Shown here: in pieces, positions 24,868-32,678 of the stretch
Position numbering within the stretch: position 1 is the first letter of the stretch
Layout: every line of letters starts with the position of its first letter
Source of the DNA: Polyangiales bacterium
GTDB taxonomy: Bacteria > Myxococcota_A > Polyangia > Polyangiales > Houyiibacteriaceae
Direction of reading: 5' to 3'
DNA: 45,484 nucleotides
NCBI GenBank assembly: GCA_048550275.1
Contig: JBLYYU010000210.1
Coordinates: 1-45,484, forward strand
Translations under genes and position numbers: made by a program
Notes under the pieces: model-generated
Told to the model about the DNA's origin: nothing
Databases searched by the model: none
Seen by the model: the letters and a program-made list of their open reading frames with translations, nothing else

Positions 24868-26142
24868 ATGACCACTGACCTTTACGACGTCGCGATCGTC
24901 GGTGCGGGGCCTGCTGGCGCTACCTGTGCCTGGTACCTCGCGAAGCAGGACATCCGTGTTCTCCTTCTCGACAAGGCCAAGTTCCCGCGCGACAAGTTCT
25001 GTGGCGACGCGGTAATTCCGCGTGCGCAGCGGCACCTCGAGCGAATGGGCGTGCTCGACCAGCTCATCGAGGCGGGCGAGTGCCTGTTCACCACCTCGGG
25101 GGGCTTCGTCAGCCCCGCCGGCGTCGAGTGCTTGAGCGACTCGAGCGAGAACCCGAGTGGCACGCCGCTGTCGGTCAAGCGCATCATCATGGACGAACGG
25201 ATCGTCCGCGCGGCTCAGGGTGCCGGGGCTGAGCTGGTGGAGGAGTTCGGCGTCGACAAGGTCGTGTTCGACGATCGTGCGGCAAGCTGGTCGGTTCATT
25301 CCGGCTCCCGCCGGTTCCAGAGCCGAACCCTCGTGCTTGCAGACGGCGCCCACTCGAAGCTCGCCCGCTCGCTCGGCATCGTCAAAGACAACCCTCAGGC
25401 GATTTGCAGCCGCGCCTTCATCGACGGCGGCACGCATTCGTTCGACACCGACGGGGTCTGCTACATGGAGCGCGACCTGTTGCCCGGATACGCCGCGATC
25501 TTCCGCCACCCAAACGACGTGCTGAACTACTGCGCGTACATCATCCCCGGCGGCAAGGCGGTGCCTTCCGATTTGAAGGACGTGCACCACGGCCTGCTCG
25601 AGAAGAACAGCATCCTCCGCAAGCACCTCGGCACCGGCTACCAGATCGAACCGATGAAGGGTGCCTGGCTTCGACTCGGTGGTATCCCGAAGAGCTACGC
25701 GGACAACCTCCTCATCATTGGCGACGCGGCCGGCCACATCGACCCGCTCACCGGCGAGGGAATCCAGTTCGCCATGGAGGGTGCGGAGAAGGCCGCCGAG
25801 ACCCTGATTCACGCGTTTCGCGTTGGGCGCTTCGACGAGCAGTTCCTCTCCGCCTACCAAGACGCGTGGCACAAGGAGTTCGGCAACAAGTTCCCGCTCG
25901 CCGAAAAGGCCTCGCAGCTGATGGCCCGCTACCCCGAGCTCGTCGATTCGATGGCCCGGGTCGCCAATGAGCGCGACGACGCCTTCTTCTTCGCCTGGGC
26001 CGACATCATGATGGGCGAAGCCCCTTGGAGCGATTTCCTCAAGCCCAAGCTCGCTCTACCCCTGGCCGCGGCCGCCCTTCGCGAAATCTGGAATCAGCGG
26101 GTCTCCCCGCTGCGCCGCCGGGTCGCCGCTTCGCGCGCCTGA
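24868..26142 (+). CDS. Geranylgeranyl reductase-family FAD-dependent oxidoreductase
   Basis: 424-aa ORF. YDVAIVGAGPAGATCAWYLAKQDIRVLLLDKAKFPRDKFCGDAV is the dinucleotide-binding GxGxxG followed by the family-typical K-x-C-G-(D/G). GDAAGHIDPLTGEGIQFAMEGA is the second FAD motif. Confidence 0.85.
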   Translation: MTTDLYDVAIVGAGPAGATCAWYLAKQDIRVLLLDKAKFPRDKFCGDAVIPRAQRHLERMGVLDQLIEAGECLFTTSGGFVSPAGVECLSDSSENPSGTPLSVKRIIMDERIVRAAQGAGAELVEEFGVDKVVFDDRAASWSVHSGSRRFQSRTLVLADGAHSKLARSLGIVKDNPQAICSRAFIDGGTHSFDTDGVCYMERDLLPGYAAIFRHPNDVLNYCAYIIPGGKAVPSDLKDVHHGLLEKNSILRKHLGTGYQIEPMKGAWLRLGGIPKSYADNLLIIGDAAGHIDPLTGEGIQFAMEGAEKAAETLIHAFRVGRFDEQFLSAYQDAWHKEFGNKFPLAEKASQLMARYPELVDSMARVANERDDAFFFAWADIMMGEAPWSDFLKPKLALPLAAAALREIWNQRVSPLRRRVAASRA

Positions 26143-26222
26143 GCCACGCGTCGTTTGTACTACGCTCTCGGACAGCGTTTTCATAAGATGCGCATTCTGC
26201 CATCTTCAGGAGCGAAATAGCG

Positions 26223-27389
26223 GTGCCACGTCGTAGAAGCAGTCTGTCCGCGACTGAGGCGCGTCGAGTCGCGCTTGCCGCGCAGGGATTCGACCGGCCG
26301 CGACCGGCGACGCCGTCCGATGTGCGACATTTTCGGCGAGCCCTGCATGCCATCGGTGTTCTGCAGCTCGATTTTGTGAATGTGCTCATTCCTGCGCATT
26401 TCCTGATGCTGTGGTCGAGGCTGGGTGGCTACGACCGAAATCGCCTCGAACGCTTTCTCTATGATTCGCGCGAGTTCACCGAGCACTGGGCACATGAAGC
26501 CTCGATCGTACGGGTGAGTGACTGGCCGTTACTCAACTACCGTCGCGAGACCTGGCGCCCCTGGAAGCACGACCCGCTGCAAACGCTGGACAATCCCGAG
26601 GCCTACCTGGGATCTATCCTGGAACAGATCGCCGTGGATGGCGGCGTCACGGCCAACGATCTGCCGGCGGCGCCTAGCCCCACTAGCGGCAAACCGGGCG
26701 ACTGGAACCGGCCAATACAACGTTGGGCACTGGAGCACCACTTCGGTCGCGGACAGCTCGCCGTGCGGCGGCGCCTCAGTAATTTCCAGCGAGTGTACGA
26801 CCTTCCGGAACGCCTGATCGATGATGAGCATCGTCTTCAGTGCACGACTGAAACCGACGCACGTCGAGAACTGCTGCGACAGTCGGCGCAGTCGCTTGGC
26901 ATAGCGACGGTACACGACCTCGCCGACTACTATCGAATGACGGCGCGCGACGCGGCGCCGAGAGTTGCAGAGTTGGTCGAGGAGGGCGTGCTGACGCCTG
27001 TGGACGTGGAAGGCTGGAAAGACACGGCCTACCTCTCGGATCAGGCTCGGTTTCCGCGCTCCATCCCCGGTGCGTCACTGTTATCTCCGTTCGACCCGCT
27101 TGTCTGGTTCCGGCCGCGAGCCGAACGCTTATTCGATTTCGAGTATCGGATAGAAATCTACGTTCCGGAATCGAAGCGCCGGTGGGGCTACTACGTCCTG
27201 CCGTTCCGCCTGGGAGACAGAATTGTCGCACGCGTGGACCTGAAGGCGGACCGTCCCGGCAGAACCTTGCTCGTACGAAGCCTTCACTACGAAGACGGAG
27301 TCGACCAAAAAGAAACGGCGTCCGCTTTACAGAGCGAGCTCGGTGCGTTGGCAACTTGGCTCAACCTGGAGACAGTGTCCTACTGTTGA
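26223..27389 (+). CDS. ycaQ: YcaQ/AlkZ-family winged-helix DNA glycosylase (interstrand-crosslink repair family, DUF1006)
   Basis: 388-aa ORF with a GTG start and an AGGAG 9 nt upstream. It is collinear with my recollection of E. coli YcaQ. Matching segments are LSATEARRVALAAQGF, LQLDFVNV, EHWAHEASIV, NFQRVYDLPERL and LLSPFDPLVWFRPRAERLFDFEYRIEIYVPESKRRWGYYVLPF. Confidence 0.9.
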   Translation: MPRRRSSLSATEARRVALAAQGFDRPRPATPSDVRHFRRALHAIGVLQLDFVNVLIPAHFLMLWSRLGGYDRNRLERFLYDSREFTEHWAHEASIVRVSDWPLLNYRRETWRPWKHDPLQTLDNPEAYLGSILEQIAVDGGVTANDLPAAPSPTSGKPGDWNRPIQRWALEHHFGRGQLAVRRRLSNFQRVYDLPERLIDDEHRLQCTTETDARRELLRQSAQSLGIATVHDLADYYRMTARDAAPRVAELVEEGVLTPVDVEGWKDTAYLSDQARFPRSIPGASLLSPFDPLVWFRPRAERLFDFEYRIEIYVPESKRRWGYYVLPFRLGDRIVARVDLKADRPGRTLLVRSLHYEDGVDQKETASALQSELGALATWLNLETVSYC

Positions 27390-27418
27390 CGCTGACGCTG
27401 ACGCTGACGCTGACGCTG
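27387..27418 (+). repeat. Hexanucleotide tandem repeat (TGACGC)x5 plus TG
   Basis: Read directly as tgacgc tgacgc tgacgc tgacgc tgacgc tg. The first TGA is the stop codon of the 26223-27389 gene, so the array forms five in-frame TGA codons alternating with CGC. Confidence 0.95.
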
Positions 27419-27526
27419 TGAAGCGTGAAGGCCCGGCCTGCGTCGGCTTGCAGCTTCTTTTCACGGCACCCAGACATCCCCGAATTCCTCGGTGCCGCCC
27501 TCGTGATAGCTTTGGCCCCGGTCGAG

Positions 27527-28108
27527 ATGTCATTGCGCGCGCTCAAGAACGAAATCAGTCGCTGCGATATCTGCCGCGAGCACCTTCCCCTCGGCCCCCG
27601 CCCGGTGGTCCAGTTCTCGTCGAAGAGTCGAATCGTAGTCATCGGGCAGGCGCCTGGCACCAAGGTGCACGAAACGGGGATCCCCTGGGATGATCCTTCG
27701 GGCGACCATCTTCGGGAGTGGCTTTCGGTGCCTCGCGATTCGTTCTACGACCCGGACTCGTTCGCGTTGGTCCCGATGGGGTTCTGTTACCCCGGCAAGG
27801 CAAAGAGCGGCGACGCGCCACCGCGCCCTGAGTGTGCGCCACAGTGGCACGAGCGTGTGCTTGGAAAGATTGCACCAGCCCCCCTCGTGCTGCTGGCTGG
27901 TCAGTATGCACAGCGACACTACCTTGGCCTATCTCGAAAAAAGACGCTGACTGAGACAGTGCGCTCTTTCAAAGAGTACGGCGCCGAAACGATTCCGCTC
28001 CCGCACCCCAGTTGGCGCTCACGCATCTGGATGAAGAAGAACCCATGGTTCGAGTCCACGCTGCTTCCCGTGCTGAGGCGGCGAGTCAAGAAACGCCTGG
28101 CGGATTAG
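27527..28108 (+). CDS. Uracil-DNA glycosylase superfamily protein
   Basis: The start was trimmed to the ATG at 27527 (MSLRALKNEI). Motif A-like sequence reads IVVIGQAPG. PMGFCYPG is also present, and the motif B-like sequence reads LPHPSWRS, as in UDG-superfamily members. The exact UDG family was not assigned. Confidence 0.75.
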   Translation: MSLRALKNEISRCDICREHLPLGPRPVVQFSSKSRIVVIGQAPGTKVHETGIPWDDPSGDHLREWLSVPRDSFYDPDSFALVPMGFCYPGKAKSGDAPPRPECAPQWHERVLGKIAPAPLVLLAGQYAQRHYLGLSRKKTLTETVRSFKEYGAETIPLPHPSWRSRIWMKKNPWFESTLLPVLRRRVKKRLAD

Positions 28109-28208
28109 CCTCCCCAGTCCAGAACGTTCCCGGATGCGCCCTTGGCTTGATGCTACATACGTACATCCGCAGCCCAGAGACCACCAACCAGAACGAGGAA
28201 GACGACTC

Positions 28209-28721
28209 ATGGCACATCACGTAGAAGCAACCGCAAGGGTGAACGCACCCGCAGCGAAGGTCTGGGAGACACTCCGAGATTTCAGTAGCATCGAGCGCTT
28301 TTCGTCGAACGTCGAGAGCTCACCCATCGTCGGTGAGGTGGCCTCCGGGCTCGGCACCAAACGCCTGTGCACCTTCTACGACAAGTCTACCGTGCTCGAG
28401 GAGATCGTCGGGTACAAAGAAGGCGAGAGCCTCGATATCGAGCTCCGTCAATTCTCCATGCCGCTCGAAAGCATGCGGGCACAAATGAAGGTGACTCCTG
28501 TCGACGGCGCTACGAGCGACGCGTCTTTCTCCATGGACTTTGTCGTCAAGTACGGCCCCGTCGGGTCGCTCATGGGCGCGCTCCTGATGAAGCCGATGAT
28601 GACGAGGATAACAACAGACATCTTGAAAGGCTTGGCGTTTCACGTCACCACGGGTAACACGATAGGCTCAGAGATGCCGTCTGCAGCAGCCCTCGCTGCG
28701 GCCGTGGGGCAAAGCTCCTAG
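28209..28721 (+). CDS. SRPBCC (START/Bet v1/polyketide-cyclase-like) family protein
   Basis: The start was trimmed to the ATG at 28209 (MAHHVEATARVNAPAAKVWETLRDFSSIERF), which has an AGGAAG upstream. The opening V-x-A-P-x-x-x-VW-x-x-L-x-DF is typical of the family. The size is about 170 aa. Confidence 0.8.
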   Translation: MAHHVEATARVNAPAAKVWETLRDFSSIERFSSNVESSPIVGEVASGLGTKRLCTFYDKSTVLEEIVGYKEGESLDIELRQFSMPLESMRAQMKVTPVDGATSDASFSMDFVVKYGPVGSLMGALLMKPMMTRITTDILKGLAFHVTTGNTIGSEMPSAAALAAAVGQSS

Positions 28722-28957
28722 AGCGTCAGGCCGCCCGGACCCTTCGGCGGACCGCACCGCCAATGCCACCGACACCTCACCGTTCTTCGTGCTGTGGATG
28801 GCCCTAGGAGTGGTCGCTATTCGTGGCCCCCGACCGATACGAACGTCAACGTTGGGTCGCGCAGCGAGTGAAGCCGAAAGGGCGTTTGTGTCGACGATGC
28901 TCCGAACCGTACCGTCGAGCTGAGCACCGCGCGTCGCAATGCCCACGAGCGGTAGCG

Positions 28958-29299
28958 CTAGCGTGGCGTAGCGATGAAGCAAAACGCCTTGAACGGGAAC
29001 TTCTTGCGCAGCCACTTGGCCTTGTCTGGCATGGGCTCGAAGGCCATGTGCTGCCCAGCAGGCGCGAGCTCGAGCAAGAGCGAAACCATACTCCCAATGT
29101 GAGAGCCGACGTCGATGCAAGTCGCATCGGAACGAGTAATCAGGCGACGCATGGCGGCGCGAAGGGCCGCCCGTTCCACCTGCACGTTGAACAACCCCGG
29201 ATGCCGGACGAGGGCCGTGAGCTTAGCCACGTCGTGAAGAAGCAAGTCGGGCTTCTCGAGTGGTGTCCGGAGCAGCAGGTGTCGAAAGTAGTCACTCAC
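28958..29299 (-). pseudogene. Possible truncated FkbM-type methyltransferase (N-terminal fragment only)
   Basis: The 113-aa ORF contains the SAM-binding start of FkbM-like enzymes (CIDVGSHIGSMVSLLLELAPAGQHMAFEPMPDKAKWLRKKFP). It then stops after about 15 more residues. The downstream 28722-28957 region has no clean continuation in any frame that I could align. It may instead be an intact short gene. Confidence 0.35.
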
Positions 29300-29396
29300 A
29301 TGCGCAGCCGTGACTGTACATCAAGGTGACCCAGTAAAGAACGCGTGCCAGGGCAGAACATGGCGCGGTCGTCGCCCGAGAGACGCCCGTAGTGCG

Positions 29397-30530
29397 CTAA
29401 TCGGTGACTTGAATCGCATGATAGGCCTGGTTGTTGCCGCCGTAGCGCTCGTTGGTCGTGTTTTGGTAGTCGATGATGACGCCAAAGTAGTACCGCTTCA
29501 GTTGAGCGTTGCCCGGAATGGTGAAGGTGCGCTTGGTCGTGTAGGGCGTGTTCCAGCCGAGGGTGAAGTTCCTGTCGCCGAGGTACCAGTCGGAGGTCGT
29601 GATGTTGGTGTTGCTCGAAAGGTAGTAGCCGGCCTTGGTGTTGATCGCGCCGCCGGGCCCGAGGTGTTCGTACGTGAACTCGAACTTGTAGGTCACGCCA
29701 CGTTTGACCTCGACGTACCATTCCTGCCGAGAGCTGTCCCAGATCCACGGCAATGATTGCGTCCCTGCCGAGTTGAACACCTGCGCGAAGCGATGGGACG
29801 AATACTCCCCGCTCGTCCCGTTGTACTTGAATGGCGTAACGCTCAGATCCGGCTTGCTACCGTTGTCGGTTCCATACACGAACGCCGCGCCGCGCGAGGG
29901 GTCCTCGCTGCTGTACGAGCGAAATTTCTCGTTGTTGAGGGTGATCACTTCGGTATCGTTGCCCATCAGGTTGTAACGGACATTCGAATGCCCGAGCCCC
30001 AACGCGTGGCCCAACTCGTGCATCAACGTCGTTTGTGCAGGGCGGTACCCGCCTCCGTTCGGATACCACTTGCGGTGGTTGCCGCGGTCTTCGTAGTTCA
30101 TCCATGAGACGTTGTTGCTCATGACGATGTCCACGGACTTGAACTTCTTGGAGAAGATGCTGCAGTTCCACTTGATAAGGGCGCGCGCCGGTGCCCCGTC
30201 TAGAATGCCGTTGTCCGTGGAGTACCAAACTTCGCTGGTGTTGTTGCTGGTGCTGACACCCTTGTTCCATGCGGGCTCGTTGAATTGAAAGTTTGACGGC
30301 GCGTCGTTCCAGTGAATCATCGCCTGCCGCAAAGAGTAGCGCCGGTTCTCGCTCGCGAATGAATTCGTGCCGGCCTCGTATGTCAGGTTGTTGGAGCTGA
30401 ATTTCAGCACGGTACCGTTGCAGGTCCAGTACGTGTAAGCGAACGCCGTGCTGGGGACTGCCAAGGAGGCAAGCGCCAAGAGGAGGACGCCGTCGCGCAA
30501 GAGAGCTCGTGCATTGCTACGCATGTTCAT
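29397..30530 (-). CDS. Secreted zinc metalloprotease (metzincin, HExxHxxGxxH)
   Basis: The signal peptide reads MNMRSNARALLRDGVLLLALASLAVPSTAFA. The zinc site reads HELGHALGLGH, followed by YNLMG as a candidate Met-turn. A Y/N/T-rich C-terminal domain of ~170 aa follows. The ATG at 30530 overlaps the stop of the upstream gene (ATGA at 30527-30530). An alternative ATG at 30524 has better GGAGG spacing. Confidence 0.85.
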   Translation of the reverse strand: MNMRSNARALLRDGVLLLALASLAVPSTAFAYTYWTCNGTVLKFSSNNLTYEAGTNSFASENRRYSLRQAMIHWNDAPSNFQFNEPAWNKGVSTSNNTSEVWYSTDNGILDGAPARALIKWNCSIFSKKFKSVDIVMSNNVSWMNYEDRGNHRKWYPNGGGYRPAQTTLMHELGHALGLGHSNVRYNLMGNDTEVITLNNEKFRSYSSEDPSRGAAFVYGTDNGSKPDLSVTPFKYNGTSGEYSSHRFAQVFNSAGTQSLPWIWDSSRQEWYVEVKRGVTYKFEFTYEHLGPGGAINTKAGYYLSSNTNITTSDWYLGDRNFTLGWNTPYTTKRTFTIPGNAQLKRYYFGVIIDYQNTTNERYGGNNQAYHAIQVTD

Positions 30531-31822
30531 TCCCTCCTCGCGGTCCACATGTCTTCACTTCTCGATACTTCGTCTTCCTCGTTCGGCTCCTCCAGGATGC
30601 CGGTGGTGGTTTGCCGGAGGACCCGCAGCCGTTGGGCCTCGTCGGCTGGTAACAGAGCATCACACTGAGCATCGGCGTCCTCTCCGCACGCCTCCCGCAG
30701 CGCCACGGCCAGCGCCGCGGCCTCATCGAGCCCGAGGGCGTCATCCGGGGGCGGATCCACTTCAGGGTCGTCGTCACGCCGCGGACCTGCGTCGTCCATC
30801 ACCGCCTCGCCAATACGAAAGGCGAACGTGGGATCGGCATTCACGGCGGGTGGCCAGACGAGACCGAGGTCCACGGTGCGGCGAACGAGCGTGCGAAAGG
30901 CGTTTGGTCCCAAGCGGATGCCAGCGATTGGTGCGTCGGCGGATTCGCTGGGTTGGTCCGTCGGCTCCTGGCCGCCTGGATCATGCGCATCGCTGTGCTT
31001 TGGCCGGCGCAAGAGCTCCGGTGGCTGTGGCTCCACGGGCTCGTCCTCGACGATCAGCTCCATCGAGGCTTCCGAACCGTCAGGCAGAGCAATCGTGTGT
31101 TGAAGAGTCTCCGGGATCCGGTGCTCACCGATGAAGAACAAGCGGCCTTCGTCACGCGAATCCTCGAGTAGACGCACCTCCTGCCCATATTCGGAAAACA
31201 CACTGGGCGCGGACTCTCGCGGGCTCTGCAGGATCCGAAACCTGCCGCGCGAACAACGGTCTAGCGGGCAAGCAAGTTCCGTGTTGCCCGTAACGAAGAG
31301 AATGTCGCGATCGCCAATATCGAAACGCGGCGCCTGCGCAACCGCGAAGATATCGTAGTCCGGACCCGACTCCGGATCGACACCTCCCATGAACCGCAAC
31401 GTGATCGTCGGCTCGTCGTGGTTGTCGGTGAAGTTCTCGATGATGCTGTAGGTGACGAACGTATGTGGCAACACGCCCGCGTCGTCGTCGTCATCGGGGT
31501 CACTTCCGCCGGTGCCGTTGTCTTCCGCGTTCGCGTACTCAATTCCGATGACCTCACCTTCGAACACGATCTGCGCACGCCGCGCGGCCACGTCCAAGTC
31601 GGGAACGCGGCCTTCAAAAGCGAGCTCGCCTCCAGTACCGCCAGCGCCCGCGGTCCCGCCGACGCCCGCGGTGCCCCCCGCCCCCGCAGTGCCGCCCGTG
31701 CCCGCGCTGCCGGCCGTTCCCGCACTGCCGCCCGCTCCATCTGGACCGTCGTCAGTGCAGCCGTGCGCTGCGCAGACCAGCGATGCACAAGCCAGCCACC
31801 AAACGAATCGCCTCAGCCTCAT
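30527..31822 (-). CDS. Lipoprotein with (G-G-T/S-A-G)n linker, unknown function
   Basis: The start was trimmed to the Met at 31822 (MRLRRFVWWLACASLVCAAHGCTDDG, a lipoprotein signal). A Gly-rich tract follows (GGSAGTAGSAGTGGTAGAGGTAGVGGTAGAGGTGG), then a globular region and an acidic C-terminus. The gene is translationally coupled to the metalloprotease gene. Confidence 0.7.
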   Translation of the reverse strand: MRLRRFVWWLACASLVCAAHGCTDDGPDGAGGSAGTAGSAGTGGTAGAGGTAGVGGTAGAGGTGGELAFEGRVPDLDVAARRAQIVFEGEVIGIEYANAEDNGTGGSDPDDDDDAGVLPHTFVTYSIIENFTDNHDEPTITLRFMGGVDPESGPDYDIFAVAQAPRFDIGDRDILFVTGNTELACPLDRCSRGRFRILQSPRESAPSVFSEYGQEVRLLEDSRDEGRLFFIGEHRIPETLQHTIALPDGSEASMELIVEDEPVEPQPPELLRRPKHSDAHDPGGQEPTDQPSESADAPIAGIRLGPNAFRTLVRRTVDLGLVWPPAVNADPTFAFRIGEAVMDDAGPRRDDDPEVDPPPDDALGLDEAAALAVALREACGEDADAQCDALLPADEAQRLRVLRQTTTGILEEPNEEDEVSRSEDMWTARRE

Positions 31823-31965
31823 AGATCGCTCCCGTCGTTTGTTGGACGAAAGTACCGTAGAGCCCGACGCGCGCCTACCCCCGCTTGCGGAGGTCAAAGC
31901 GAGAACAAACGGTCTCTCTGCGGAAGATCATGGTGCGTGCTTACGCGACGGGGACGTCTCTCTGT

Positions 31966-32052
31966 TCGTCGGGATCGCGATGAGCGCCGAATTACACGGT
32001 ACTAGACGTCAGGTCGCGTGACTCGCAATGCGGACAGGGCCTTTGAATTCGC
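31966..32052 (+). repeat. Dispersed intergenic repeat, family 1, partial copy C1
   Basis: TCGGGATCGCGATGAGCGCCGAATTACACGGTACTAGACGTCAGGTCGCGTG...GCGGACAGGGCCTTTGAATTCGC aligns with the central and 3' parts of copies A and B. Confidence 0.55.
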
Positions 32053-32133
32053 TTCGCTCCTTCACTCTGAGCGTCAGCCCATCTCCCTCGCGACCTCAGC
32101 GCGGTTGGCGCCGTCGCCGCTTCCCGCCGGTGG

Positions 32134-32194
32134 CCTCTTAGCCCATCGGTATCACGATGAGCGCCGAATCGCGCAGCACCAGACGCCAAGTCGC
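32134..32194 (+). repeat. Dispersed intergenic repeat, family 1, partial copy C2
   Basis: CCTCTTAGCCCATCGGTATCACGATGAGCGCCGAATCGCGCAGCACCAGACGCCAAGTCGC aligns with the 5' and central part of copies A and B. It lies about 80 bp downstream of C1 in the same intergenic region. Confidence 0.55.
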
Positions 32195-32244
32195 CTGCCG
32201 CACCAACGCTGGCAAATCGTCCCTTGCAACCCTAAACAAAACCC

Positions 32245-32631
32245 ATGCCTCGCCTCGTCATTTTGCCGCAGCCCGTTGGCCCTCGCCGCCTCGGAACATT
32301 CGTCCTCGCGGGTCTCGTCGCTGCTGCGCTGTCAGCGCTCCCCGCGACGAGCTACGCGCAGGACGGCGTCTACCAGGGCAACCTCGGCGGCAAGCGCGCT
32401 CAGCTCGAGGTCCGCGAGACGCCGAACGGAATCCGCGGCGCGCTCCGCGTAGGCAAGGCCAAGGTGAACCTCCGCGGCAAGCGCGACGGCAAGCAGTTCG
32501 TCGGCCACCTTGGACCCAAGTCGGCCAATGTCCGTTTCCGCGCCAAGCCCAAGGGCGACGCAATCGTCCTCACCCTGATCGAGAGCGGCAAGAAACCCCA
32601 GACCGTTACACTTCGACGGGTGGGGAAGTAG
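32245..32631 (+). CDS. Small basic secreted protein, unknown function
   Basis: 128-aa ORF. A signal-like N-terminus (GTFVLAGLVAAALSALPATSYAQD) is followed by a Lys/Arg/Gly-rich mature part. There is no family match, so the call rests on ORF length, the signal peptide and high third-position G+C. Confidence 0.5.
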   Translation: MPRLVILPQPVGPRRLGTFVLAGLVAAALSALPATSYAQDGVYQGNLGGKRAQLEVRETPNGIRGALRVGKAKVNLRGKRDGKQFVGHLGPKSANVRFRAKPKGDAIVLTLIESGKKPQTVTLRRVGK

Positions 32632-32678
32632 GAAAAGTGCGTTTGAGTCCACGATCTGCCAGCTAGGTAGCAGGCGCG

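Noticed and set aside
27387-27418. The hexamer repeat as a CRISPR array or coding low-complexity sequence (the LTLTLT / DADADA / SASASA translations in the track).
   Set aside because: There are no spacers, the unit is only 6 nt and no cas genes are present. The alternative-frame ORFs that read through it have no other coding support.
27654-27668. A second TGGCAC-containing sequence (TGGCACcaaggTGCA), resembling a sigma-54 promoter.
   Set aside because: The GG-to-GC spacing is one nucleotide short of the -24/-12 geometry. The site also lies inside the UDG-family coding sequence, with no downstream start codon.
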